A DNA stretch of 64,000 bases from Candidatus Uhrbacteria bacterium (GTDB lineage: Bacteria > Patescibacteriota > Patescibacteriia > 2-12-FULL-60-25), in the NCBI GenBank assembly GCA_963816085.1, contig CAWFIX010000003.1:487167-551166 (forward strand). The letters are read 5' to 3'. Below are positions 19,478 through 30,000 of this stretch, one piece after another; position 1 is the first letter of the stretch, and every line of letters begins with the position of its first letter. The translations under genes and the position numbers were made by a program. The notes under the pieces were generated by a model. The model was given only the letters and a program-made list of their open reading frames with translations. It ran no database searches and had not been told where the DNA came from.

Positions 19478-22079
19478 ATGAATTGAACATGTTGCTCATT
19501 TTGTTCGCTATCCCCTCCCAATCATACTGCTCCTCTACGAGCGTTGCGCCCTGGCGGATGAGCTTCTCTCTCAACCCCGGTTCTTCTTGAATGCGCATAG
19601 CTGCTTTCGCGATTGACTCCGGGTTTCTTGGTTCGCAGAAAACTCCGGTTTCACCGTCGACGAGGAAATCAGGAATGCCGCCAACCGGTGTGCCGATGAT
19701 TGGTAAGCCTGCGGACATTGCTTCTAAGAAAGAGTTACCGAGTCCTTCGGAGAGTGATGGGCGGATGAAGATGTCGGCGGATTGGATTAGTGATGGGAGT
19801 TCGTCATGAGATTTTTGACCGAGGAAGACGACACGCGATTGTAAATTCAGCTCCGCCACCAAATCTTCCAGCATCTTGCGATCATCCCCATCACCAATCA
19901 CCAAAATTCTGTTGTTATCAGGCATGCCTGATAATGCCTTAATAATATCGTCTGTGCCGTTTTTTAGGACGAGGCGAGAGGCGGTGACGAGAACTATGTC
20001 GCCATCCGCAAAACCAAAACTTTGGCGTAGTGTTTGACGTTCCTCGGGGCTTATCTGTTTTGAAAAATGTGGGATATTGACGCCATTGGGGATAACTACC
20101 GGTTCACCTTTAAAGCCCATTTCCTTGCCCCAGTTCGCTAGGAACTTACTAATAGCTTGAATGGCATTTGCGCGTTTAAAAATCCTCAGGAAGAGCGGTT
20201 TAAAGGCTCCTACGCGCTTTAAGATGTACTCGGGGGGGTCGCCTTCTTGCAAAGTCAGCATCATCTTGGTTTTGGGGCGGATCCAGGTGTAAATGAGTGC
20301 AGTGAAGCCACCAAAACTGGCCATCATGGGCCACACAATGGGGACGTCTTTGGCTGGCGCGACTCGGATAGCTTTGATGACTCCCAAGATGGGTAAGAGA
20401 TATTTATCGAAAGATTTGCCAAAGCCTACGCGGTGGACTGTGACATTGCCGATTTGCTCGGTAGATGCTAACCCGGGCTGGATGCGGGCGGTTACCATAT
20501 CGAACTTCCAATCGGGTAAGCGGTCTGTAATTTCTTTAATTGCAATTTCCGCTCCACCGACGAGCGGGTAGTAAGCGGTGGAGAAGATGAGTATTTTCTT
20601 TTTTGTATTTTCCACCTCATCCTTTTTTGTTAACTCTTTTAAAATCACGTTATAAACGAATCTGATTTGGTTAGCAAAAACATCTCCGGCTTGATTGGAT
20701 GCGGTAAGCCTGGCGCGAGTTGCAACCTTTGATGCATAGCGCAATTGATTGCCGGATGCGGCGCTGATTTGGTCTGCGTTTTTTAGGATGTATTTCAAAA
20801 TCACCCGCGCATACCAAGGTACTCGCTCTATACGCTGGTCGGCGAGAGTAATCAAAAGTGGCGTGTTTGTTTTTCGGCGCCAGAGAATTGAGGCTATGGC
20901 CGCATAGCTCGCCATGACAGACCATGCAAAAAGATATTTGTGATTTTGTGATAGTTCTTTGGCTTTTTTCATGCCCAAAATCGGCAAGAGATATTTATTA
21001 CTAATTCTGCCCTTGCCCAAGCGATGAATCGTTGCATTTGGAAGCGGCGATTGTACATCTTTAGCTGCCGATGAAAAAGCCGTTGTGATTACATCAAAAT
21101 GCACATCAGGCATTTTTTCCATTAACAATCGCAAAGCTTTTTCTGCCAAACCTTCGATTGGATGAAAAGTTGTAGAGAAAACCAAAACTCGCTTTTCATT
21201 TGACTTTTCTTGAACGGCCTCGCGTTTAAGCTCGGTGATGAAATCCGGGAGGTTGTGCTTCTGTGTCCAACCAAGTTCCGCCACACGAGTCGTGTCCGCG
21301 TTTGAGGTTTGGCGATTACCACGACGCTCCGGGAGCATCACAATATTATCGCTGAACATTTTGGCGACTTCGAGAATGGAAAAATTTTCTTTGGCACCGA
21401 TTCCAAATTCATCACCCTCCCCTTTTTCGCCAACCAGCATCAAGCCGTCGACTATATCATCAATGTGTGTGAAGTTTCTTGATTGAGTCCCGGGTGCAAC
21501 CACTGTGAGTGGTTGGCCGTGGCGATATTCTTCTTTGAAGATGCCAACGAGGGTTGAGTAAGGGCCAAAAGAAATTTCACCCGGTCCGTAGACGTTATAG
21601 AAATAAGTAATCGCAAAAGGGACGCCATACCAAGCGCCGTAGTTTTTAACAAGTTCTGTGTTGGTGGCTTTTGTCCAGGTGTAAGGAGTTAAATCTCGCC
21701 CTCTGCCATCGTCTGAAAATTTTGTGGATGAACCCGCGTATAAAATTTTACATCCGCGTTTACGGCAAAATTCCAAAACCGCAAAAGTCCCTATCTTATT
21801 TAAATCCCAAACCAGCTCGGGAGGATCTTCTAAACTTTTTTCGACGCGAGAATATTCGCCAAGATGAAAAACAATATCCGGAGTTTCTGTGATTATTTCT
21901 TCAATATCTTTTGTATGACCATCTCGATATTCAACTCCATCAATATGCTTATCACGCGAGCCGGTGAAGTAATTATCGAGCGAGATGACGCGGACTCCGG
22001 AATCTTTTAAACGACGACAAAGATGGGATCCAATAAATCCCGCACCACCGGTTACAACAGCAAGTTTAATCTGCGTCAT
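19470..22079 (-). CDS. Three-domain fusion: NAD-dependent sugar epimerase/dehydratase (SDR) plus two GT4 glycosyltransferase units
   Basis: 'VVTGGAGFIGSHLCRRL' and 'YTWTK' (YxxxK) at the N-terminus, then two GT-B units. The last has 'PSLSEGLGNSFLEAMSAGLPIIGTPVGGIPDFL'. Confidence 0.85.
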   Translation of the reverse strand: MTQIKLAVVTGGAGFIGSHLCRRLKDSGVRVISLDNYFTGSRDKHIDGVEYRDGHTKDIEEIITETPDIVFHLGEYSRVEKSLEDPPELVWDLNKIGTFAVLEFCRKRGCKILYAGSSTKFSDDGRGRDLTPYTWTKATNTELVKNYGAWYGVPFAITYFYNVYGPGEISFGPYSTLVGIFKEEYRHGQPLTVVAPGTQSRNFTHIDDIVDGLMLVGEKGEGDEFGIGAKENFSILEVAKMFSDNIVMLPERRGNRQTSNADTTRVAELGWTQKHNLPDFITELKREAVQEKSNEKRVLVFSTTFHPIEGLAEKALRLLMEKMPDVHFDVITTAFSSAAKDVQSPLPNATIHRLGKGRISNKYLLPILGMKKAKELSQNHKYLFAWSVMASYAAIASILWRRKTNTPLLITLADQRIERVPWYARVILKYILKNADQISAASGNQLRYASKVATRARLTASNQAGDVFANQIRFVYNVILKELTKKDEVENTKKKILIFSTAYYPLVGGAEIAIKEITDRLPDWKFDMVTARIQPGLASTEQIGNVTVHRVGFGKSFDKYLLPILGVIKAIRVAPAKDVPIVWPMMASFGGFTALIYTWIRPKTKMMLTLQEGDPPEYILKRVGAFKPLFLRIFKRANAIQAISKFLANWGKEMGFKGEPVVIPNGVNIPHFSKQISPEERQTLRQSFGFADGDIVLVTASRLVLKNGTDDIIKALSGMPDNNRILVIGDGDDRKMLEDLVAELNLQSRVVFLGQKSHDELPSLIQSADIFIRPSLSEGLGNSFLEAMSAGLPIIGTPVGGIPDFLVDGETGVFCEPRNPESIAKAAMRIQEEPGLREKLIRQGATLVEEQYDWEGIANKMSNMFNSLS

Positions 22080-22149
22080 ATGGGCTACATTACGTTAATG
22101 AAGCGAAAAAGGCAATAAAAAGAGGTTTGGAGTTGTTATATTGGCTTTG

Positions 22150-22320
22150 TGTGAACTCACCCCCTGCCCCCTCTCTTAAGATCAATAGAGGGGGTACTTA
22201 AAAACTGTTTTCCGAAGTCTCTCTCTTGATCTTATCACCGCCCCGGGCGTGATCCCGCATACAATAATACTTATTAAATAATTGTTGCGGGAAGAGAGAG
22301 ATTTAGAGTGAGTTCACCCT
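22150..22320. mobile_element. MITE-like element of the GTGAACTCACCCC family with terminal inverted repeats
   Basis: gtgaactcaccccctgccccctctcttaagatcaatagaggggg ... atcaccgccccgggcgtgat ... gagtgagttcaccc. The ends are reverse complements. Confidence 0.75.
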
Positions 22321-22382
22321 TTGCTTTTTAGCCTTTTTATGCTAAAACTACCATTGTGGATAATTTACCTAAACAAGCGGTA

Positions 22383-23692
22383 ATGCTCATGATTACCAGC
22401 CAAGATTGGGGCGGAGCTCAGCTCTATGTTTTTGAATTGGCCAAGGAACTGAAAGGCGCGAGGTGAGGAGGTTATCGTGGTGGCTGGGAGTAACGGAAAT
22501 CCTCTGTCTCTTCGAGACATCTCCTTTGACAAGGAGACTTTACCAAAGCGCCCCCTCGTCTCCGCCATAGGCGGATCCGCCTATGGCGGAAAAGGGGGAT
22601 ATTCAATGCAAAGCATTGAATCGGGGGATTTGAGCCCTCTTGTCAAAGAGGGACATTTAACGCAAAGCGTTAATTGGAGATATCCGCCGGGCCATGAATT
22701 GGGCCAAAGATGCCGAGAAGAAGGCATCAATTTTATCGAGCTGAAAAATGTGGCTCGTGATATTAATCCAATTGCAAATGTTATTGTCGATGATCGAGCT
22801 CATAAAACTTTTTAGACAACTAAAACCACGGGTCGTGCATCTAAACTCTACGATGATGGGTGTGGTGGGTTCTCTTGCCGCGACTTTGACCAGAGTCCCC
22901 AAGAGGATTTATTGTATTGGAGGTTGGGTTTTTAATGAAGATTTACCAACCTGGAAAAAGAATTTGTATATTTGGATAGAGAGACTTAGCGCAAGATGGA
23001 AAGATGTGATTATTGTTGTGCATCCGGGTGATGAGGAGTTGGCGAAAAAGTTAAAGATAGAACCGCAAAAAAAACTGGTTACCATCCCCAATGGAATTGC
23101 AATCGAAGAATTTGAATCTAAATTACTGAGTCGGAACGAAGCAAGAGAAAAACTTGGCATTGATCCTGAAGCGATAATAATTGGAAATATCGCAAATGCT
23201 TATCCACCTAAGAATCTTTTTTGGTATTTGGAAGTTTGTAAAAAGATCCACGACGCAGATAAGAGAATCTGCTTCGTAATAATTGGCGAGGGGCCGCAAT
23301 TTGCGGATTTAAAGAAAAAAAGAGATGCCTTGGGTGCAGGGAGCTATGTTATGCTGGCCGGGCGTAGGATGGATGCACCAACTTTGTACAAGGCTTTTGA
23401 TTTATTTGTACTCCCCTCTTCTAAAGAAGGTATGAGTATTACATTGCTCGAGGCCATGGCTGCAAAAGTCCCAATCGTTGCCACGGATGTTGGCGCGGCA
23501 AAGTGGATGCTTGGTAGTGGTGGTGTGATAGTCCCATCCGGTAATGCAGATGCGATGCAATCTGCGATCTTGGATTTAGTGTTTAATTCCGAAAAACAAA
23601 AAAACATCTCGCAGATGGCCCACGAGATGCTTTTAAATAATTTTGATTTGCAAAAACTTTTTGATTCTACAATAGAGATTATAAATCAATAG
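22383..23692 (+). pseudogene. GT4 glycosyltransferase split over three frames and carrying a 192-nt hairpin-module insert
   Basis: 'MLMITSQDWGGAQLYVFELAKELKG' (frame 0, TGA at 22464), 'VVAGSNG...EEGINFIELKNVARDINP' (frame 1), 'LIKLFRQLKPRVVHLNS...' to the end (frame 2). Confidence 0.8.
22501..22692 (+). mobile_element. Cluster of five small hairpins (64 codons, stop-free) inserted in the GT4 gene
   Basis: tctcctttgacaaggaga; ccgccataggcggatccgcctatggcgg; attcaatgcaaagcattgaat; ccctcttgtcaaagaggg; ttaacgcaaagcgttaa. Confidence 0.8.
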
Positions 23693-23693
23693 T

Positions 23694-26081
23694 TTAGCGG
23701 CGCGGGCCTTTGTAAACCGCTTCGGGTTCCGATTCTTGGGTTGCGGTAGCTATGGTGGAATCCGTGTTAACCACAGAAGGAGTTGGTGCGGGGGCGGCAG
23801 CTTGGGCTTTTGTGATTGTTAAAGCCTCATTAATTGTTTCTACATCACCATTGATTAATGGCAACAGTGCGGCTTTTGTGGCCGGGTCCATTTGCGCAAC
23901 TGCGTTAATAATCAAATCTCTTTCGGCAATAAGATCCAAACTTTCGGCCGCTTGTGCTATTTGAACGTATGTTTGTGGTTGCGATGCGGGTAGGTTGGGT
24001 AATAGCAAAATTAATTTTTGCATGTTCTCCTTATCATCCAAAATCACATAAGCCTGAGCAACTATCATCGCATCTTGTGCATTTTGTAATCTTTGTGGAT
24101 ATTTTACGGTCATGGCTTTACGGAAATACTCGGCTGCAACCTCGGGTTGATTTTTGTTAAACATGTAAGTAATACCCACATACCACCAAGGTTCGCCGAT
24201 TTCCTCATCAAATGAAGCGGCAGATTGATATGCTTGCAATGCTTCATCTACTCTGCCGGTAGCTTTTAACAACTCGGCTAGGCCAAAAAACAATTGCTGG
24301 CGCTTGGGACTCAATACAATAGCCTTTCTGTATGCGTCTTCGGCTTTAGCTAATATTTCAGGGTCCTTGGCGGCGTTGCCAACTGATGCCAACATACTTG
24401 AGTAAACAAATAATCCATGCGCGTCGTGATCGTGTGTTTTTAATCTTTTTTCCGTTACATCCACTGTTTCATTATAGAACAAACGCCAATCGGGCCATTT
24501 CTCGAAACTGCCACTATTTGCCAAGCTGATTAAGTTTCGCGAATAAAGGAATGACTGCTCATCAAGATACGGAGTTTGTTTGGTTTTGATCTTCCCAATA
24601 AGGCTCATCATCGTGTTTACATCACCTCTCGCAAAAGCCGTATTAGCATCAATGACCATCATGGATGTGTAAAAAGGAACTACCGAGGCTAGATAAACCA
24701 ATAGAAGAAAAGCGGCTTGTAATACAGCAAAAGAAATCCAGGGTACGGGTTTCTTACCGGTTACATGCTCCGCTTCACCATCCTTAAAGGCTTTAAAGCC
24801 CACACAAATTACCAAAGCGTAAAGAAGATAGCTCATGCTGAATGCGGCAGGGTGGTCGAAAACAAATAGATTCTGCAAGAAGTATCCAGCCGGTAATCCC
24901 AGGAGAACTGCGGTTGTAGGAATGTCGATATATCTTTTACGACGTGAATAAATAACCGTGTAATAAATACCAATCCAAATTCCCAAGAAAGTTAGCGCAC
25001 CAAAAAGACCGGTCATACTAATCACATCCATTACCGTGTTATGCGCTCTGTCGAACCAGGTTTCGTAATAGCCGGATCTGAGTGAATTGGGATTGTAGTG
25101 TTTATTGAAAGCAATGTGGAAGTTATCCAATCCGTAACCGGTTGGCGGCCTTTCCAAAAAGCTTTGCCAGGCGATATCCCAAGCTATAAAGCGCCCCGCA
25201 GTTCCGGTTTGCAGAGAGAAGATACGGGTTGCAGTTGGGTAGGATTTTTGTAGAGATTGAAATGTAGCAGTATTAACACCTACCGTTACTATGCCTACAT
25301 ATATTAAAGCAGCAAGACCGATACCTCCAAAAAGTACGGCTCTGACTTTGGTGTTTTTATACATGACACCCACGGCAATAGTCGATATAACCGCCCCAAA
25401 CATAAGACCCATAAATGGTCCACGTGAACCCGCTGCGAACATGGCAGACATGGACACAATCGCAGCAATTACATACCAAGCTCTTAAATCGTTTCGCTTG
25501 GTTTTAAACCAAAGTAAAACAAGGAAAAAAAGTATGAACATCTGGTACGCGCCTTGGTAAATAGGATTATCCAGAAGGCCGCCAACACGGCTGGTGGCAG
25601 GGAATTTCAGTAAATTAGGGAACGGCTTTTGCAAAAGCGCCACGATTCCCATAAAAACTCCCAGAACAATCAGATAGTTTAATAAATAATGCCATTGTTT
25701 CCAGGTTTTTAAGACGGCTGTTGCCATCGTTAACCAAGCGAAGAAATGCAGTAAAGTAAAAAGGCCGTTCATGCGCTCTTGATTGCCCCACCAAGCGCGG
25801 AGAGGGTCGATGGCAAAAACCATGGATAAAAAGAGGGCAACAAAATATGCTATGAACGCAAAATACAAGAATGATTTGCGAGGCCGATATTCGGGTTCGA
25901 CCCAGGCTAAAATCAGATAAGCCGGGAAGGTTAGGCCAATAATTACCTGGAAAAATATTAGTTTGGAAAATACAAAGGGAAAGATAACCACCGGCAGAAA
26001 CATAAGGGGCATTAACAGCCCACCATAAATACCCGCATAAGCGATGTATTTAAGTATTTTTATAGCTTGAGTACGTTGCAT
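23694..26081 (-). CDS. O-antigen ligase/polymerase-like (Wzy_C-type) membrane protein with C-terminal TPR domain
   Basis: More than 10 TM helices, 'AAGSRGPFMGLMFGAVIS' loop, C-terminal TPR-like 'AEDAYRKAIVLSPKRQQLFFGLAELLKATGRVDEALQAYQSA'. Confidence 0.8.
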   Translation of the reverse strand: MQRTQAIKILKYIAYAGIYGGLLMPLMFLPVVIFPFVFSKLIFFQVIIGLTFPAYLILAWVEPEYRPRKSFLYFAFIAYFVALFLSMVFAIDPLRAWWGNQERMNGLFTLLHFFAWLTMATAVLKTWKQWHYLLNYLIVLGVFMGIVALLQKPFPNLLKFPATSRVGGLLDNPIYQGAYQMFILFFLVLLWFKTKRNDLRAWYVIAAIVSMSAMFAAGSRGPFMGLMFGAVISTIAVGVMYKNTKVRAVLFGGIGLAALIYVGIVTVGVNTATFQSLQKSYPTATRIFSLQTGTAGRFIAWDIAWQSFLERPPTGYGLDNFHIAFNKHYNPNSLRSGYYETWFDRAHNTVMDVISMTGLFGALTFLGIWIGIYYTVIYSRRKRYIDIPTTAVLLGLPAGYFLQNLFVFDHPAAFSMSYLLYALVICVGFKAFKDGEAEHVTGKKPVPWISFAVLQAAFLLLVYLASVVPFYTSMMVIDANTAFARGDVNTMMSLIGKIKTKQTPYLDEQSFLYSRNLISLANSGSFEKWPDWRLFYNETVDVTEKRLKTHDHDAHGLFVYSSMLASVGNAAKDPEILAKAEDAYRKAIVLSPKRQQLFFGLAELLKATGRVDEALQAYQSAASFDEEIGEPWWYVGITYMFNKNQPEVAAEYFRKAMTVKYPQRLQNAQDAMIVAQAYVILDDKENMQKLILLLPNLPASQPQTYVQIAQAAESLDLIAERDLIINAVAQMDPATKAALLPLINGDVETINEALTITKAQAAAPAPTPSVVNTDSTIATATQESEPEAVYKGPRR

Positions 26082-26141
26082 ATGAGAAAAAGAGTACCAT
26101 AAGAGTGTAGATATTTGTAGAGATGCATCTTCCGTGGTTTG

Positions 26142-26205
26142 TGTAGGGATAATCCCTTGCGGCGCCCCTCGCAGTCGAATGACGAAGTGGGGTGGTTATC
26201 CGTAC
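26142..26205 (+). mobile_element. REPIN type I (about 64 nt), left flank of RAYT-1
   Basis: tgtagggataatcccttgcggcgcccctcgcagtcgaatgacgaagtggggtggttatccgtac. Reverse complement of 26814-26877. Overlaps the RAYT stop codon. Confidence 0.85.
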
Positions 26206-26783
26206 TTATCACCTCCTTTTAACCATTGGTTTGGGTTATAAATTATATATTCTGCGATATTATCATAATCTTTCTCGTTATCAACGATTCGTTCGTAATA
26301 ATTTTTTTGCCATAATTTACCTGGAAACGGTAAGCATAATTTATTTTTAACCATTTTTATATATTCTCCGGTAGTTCTTGATTTAAAGGCTCCAACTACA
26401 TCTCCAAGCGATGTCGTATTTCTTACGTAGGGATAACCCTTGTGGTTATCCGTACTATTTCTATTGCTTAATATGCACGGGCGATCACAAGGATACGCCC
26501 CTACGACAGGTTGTAGACTTTTGTTACGCAGCTCGATTATCCCATGAATATGATTCGGCATAACAATGAATTCTTGTGGGATGACGATATCAAATTCTTT
26601 TTCGAGATTCTCCCAATTACGATAAAGCATGCACCCCGCCTCATTTAAAAACATGTAATGATTTTTTATTTCACCAAAATAATGCTTAAAATCATTTGTG
26701 CAAATTGTAATGAAATAAAAACCGGATTCTGAATAATCAAAACCTTTTAATCGTTTGGTTTTGCGATAGGGTAGTTTTTCCAT
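26196..26783 (-). CDS. HUH/Y1 transposase-like protein (IS200-like fold, REP-associated RAYT type), copy 1
   Basis: 'GFYFITICT' and HUH 'MPNHIHGII'. Conserved C-terminal region GDVVGAFKSRTTGEYIK, no catalytic Tyr assigned. Start at the Met at 26783. Flanked by inverted REPINs. Confidence 0.85.
   Translation of the reverse strand: MEKLPYRKTKRLKGFDYSESGFYFITICTNDFKHYFGEIKNHYMFLNEAGCMLYRNWENLEKEFDIVIPQEFIVMPNHIHGIIELRNKSLQPVVGAYPCDRPCILSNRNSTDNHKGYPYVRNTTSLGDVVGAFKSRTTGEYIKMVKNKLCLPFPGKLWQKNYYERIVDNEKDYDNIAEYIIYNPNQWLKGGDKYG
26425..26507. repeat. REP-like hairpins embedded in frame inside RAYT-1
   Basis: acgtagggataacccttgtggttatccgtac and gcacgggcgatcacaaggatacgcccctacgac. Translated as VVGAYPCDRPCILSNRNSTDNHKGYPYV. 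Confidence 0.8.
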
Positions 26784-26813
26784 GTTGTAATGATAGCATA
26801 GACAGTGTAGTAA

Positions 26814-26877
26814 GCACGGATAACCACCACACTTCACTCTCCGAGTTGCGAGTGGCACAGCAAGGGTTATCCCTACA
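26814..26877 (-). mobile_element. REPIN type I, right flank of RAYT-1 (inverted)
   Basis: gcacggataaccaccacacttcactctccgagttgcgagtggcacagcaagggttatccctaca. Confidence 0.85.
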
Positions 26878-26896
26878 AAGATACTTGAAAATATAC

Positions 26897-26930
26897 AAAA
26901 TCCCCCCGCATTTCTGCGGGGGGATTTTTC
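26897..26930. terminator. Bidirectional rho-independent terminator downstream of the surface-protein gene
   Basis: aaaatccccccgca-tttc-tgcggggggatttt, a GC-rich stem flanked by A and T runs. Confidence 0.8.
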
Positions 26931-27018
26931 GTTCCAGACGAATCCGGAACGTAGAACTTCTAATCCATCATCTTGATCTGCAAGGCTTGCGCGATGCAGA
27001 GAGCAAGAGAGCGGGGTG

Positions 27019-30000
27019 TTAGTTGCTCAATGACTGGCTCTGGGTTAGATCTTCGACGTAAACGTCGTTGGTCCAATCGCGAGAGGTCTGGCTGGCTGAG
27101 GAGTGTGGTACCTCAGAGTTGTCGGACCAGACAAATGTACCTACGTTGTCACCTGCACCATCTGGTGCGACTGCGGTGTCAATGCTGTAGATATCTGCAC
27201 TGGCACCAAGGGCGCCAACTGCAGTTGCATTGTCCAAGTAACCTGTAACGATCGCTGTTGCAGGATCTGTGTAGAGGTTAGTTGTTACGTTGTTTCCAGT
27301 ACCTGTGTAAGAAACTGATGCGCGGAGCGAGTAAACATTACCCGTGCCACCTACTGAATCTTCGTTGGTAAAGGATACGACTACGTAAGCCTGGTTAACA
27401 CCCGCTGGGATGCTACCTGCTTCGAGGTCGCCTGTGCTGGTACCGTTTACGATTGCAATGTCAGCTAGAGGGATCTGTGTGGATCCGCGATAGAGACGGA
27501 AGTTTGCAAGCGCTGTAGCTGCTGTCTTTGAGATGTTGAATACCATCTGTTTCAAAGCAGCATTGCCGGCTGAGTCAGCACCAACCTGTACGCGATACAA
27601 TTCGCGTTCACCAGCGGAAAGCGTGGTGTTCGAGAGTGATTGCATTGTTACTACAGGTTTTGTCTTGCGAAGAACCATAGCATTGCCATCAGTTGCGCCC
27701 TGAGCTGCGTATACACGCTCGCCGGATGCTTCACCGATAGTTTGCATGTTCAACATGGCTGCATAGTTAGCATCCCAGTTACCGGTTTGAATATTTTCAT
27801 CAATACCGAGAGCAGGTGTCATACCCGAGCGAGTTACGCCGGTTGTTGCACCACTTACAGACGATGAAGCCTGTACGGAAGCTAATTTAGCCCATACTTC
27901 GAAAGTGGCCGAGCCATCCTTAGGAATTGTGATCTTGTTTCCTGCGAGGCTGACGTCTACAGCACCGGTTGCACCGGCTGGTAATACGCTAGCACCCTTA
28001 ACTGCACCTCCTGCTGCTACTGCAACCTGAGTGTAGTTAGAGTTATCGCCGGAGATTGATTCTACACGCATTAAGTCAACGAGCATGTTTTCGTACTGTG
28101 CTGTTGCTTTATAACGTGCCATTGGTACCCATACATCTTTACCTGCTACAACGATTGTTGCGGCCGGGTGAGCATCTTGGGACACTGTGAGTGTACCTCT
28201 AGCCAAGATTGTTTGGAATACGCTTGGTGTGTTGCTGAGCTGAGTTGTGCCAAGAGCTGTTGTGATGGTTGGAGTAAGTGTGTTTGCATCGTCATCCTGA
28301 GCTGTAATGCTGGAAGCACCTACGGCTACGCGATCATTGTTTGGAGCAGCAGTTGCAGCAGAGCTGAATGTTGCTTTAACGGTTAAGTTCTTGGTTGTAC
28401 CGGCTGGGATATCAAGATTCATGTTAGTGATCTGAGCCTTACCGGTTACTGTGTCAGGAGCCTGTGGAGTACCAACCAATGTGTCGCCATCATAGAGAGC
28501 GAGTTTGGTGATACGTTGTGAACAGTCGGCTGCCAAGTATGTACCTGTCATGCCGATATCAGCCTTACAATCAAGAGTCATATTGGTGATCTTGATGTCG
28601 GACTGTGAACCTGCGTCAAGCGAGATACCTACAACCGGTTTGTCTTGCGACTTCTTAACAACTGTTCCGGAAACCGGAGTGGAAGCTAAGTCGGCTGTGA
28701 GATCTGATTGCTTAACTGTTTGTGCATTACCAACTGTGTTGGCATTAGGAACGATCTTGGACAATGCCAAGCTTTCACCTGTGTCAACAACTTTTACGTC
28801 GCCATCCAAGAAAGCGAGCCAGGTTGCGCGGTATTGGTTGTTACCATCACCGTAGAATTCGTTAGCCGCATCCTCTGTATTGGAGAGATCTGCAACGATA
28901 GCGAGATTCATTGTTTCACCTGCATCGATGTTGAATGTGTCGTTGAAAGTTAAGTTTTCGGTAGTTGCACCATTAGCACCTGTAAGTTCTTTTGGACCCA
29001 TTACAGTTGTGCCTGTGTCCATGTTCTTAATCTTGATGTTGCGGAAGTACTTTGTACCGGCTGAACCGATGATCTTATCTGTACCTGCAACGCCTGCCAA
29101 TGTTGTGCGCAAGTTGCGGATTTCGAGGTCGTTATCTGAGGAGGTCAAAGAGAACTCATAGAGAACAACGCCGAGTTTACCTTTAGCAACTGAACCTGAT
29201 GCCGGGCCATTGAAAGCGAATGTAAGGTTACCACCTTGTGTGGTTACTGTTACACCCTCAGCTGATGTGTCAAAAGCTGTGATATCAATAGCTGCACCCG
29301 AGTTGTAAACTGAATCTACAGCCATAACGTCCGAGTTGTATTCGAGGTAAGTGATGATTGTGCGACCTGCACGACCGGATACATCTGCCTTAAGATCGAA
29401 AACGCGTGTGACGCCATTTGGTAGCAAGTAAGGAGTATCGAATGTTAATACGATTTGACCCTTAGCATTTACGCCAGCTACGGAAGCAATCTTTGTGGAA
29501 CCCTGGAAGAGTTCGAAGTTTGCCAAGTCCGAGTTGTCGATGCCACCGGCTTGATACAAAGCTACACGGTGGACATAGATGTCGTTGGTGTTAGCTGTAA
29601 GTTTGAAGCTCGAGATAGGAGCTGCCTTTTGGCCGATAACCGGGTTTGCCGGTGCTGGGCCTGGTTGAACTGTAAGTGTACCAGCGGAAGCTGTTCCTAC
29701 TACGAAGACGTTGCCGCGTACTGGGAAGCTGCCCGAGATAGTACCTGAACCGGAGAGAACAACTGAAGCTGCATCCATAAGCTCGAAAGCGTGGTTGCCG
29801 CCGGTTGTTGCCGGGTTGCTGAAGTCAGCATAAACGTAGTAAGACTTCATGCTGTTTGCAGCCAAAGTCTGGTTTAAGCTGTTGAATTCAACTGTGTTTG
29901 ATGATGAGTTTACCGAGCGGCCTGTTGTGAGGCGGTTGCCTTCCATGTCATACAAGTAGACATTTGCGAAATCGCTGGTTGAACCAACGCCTACGCGGTG

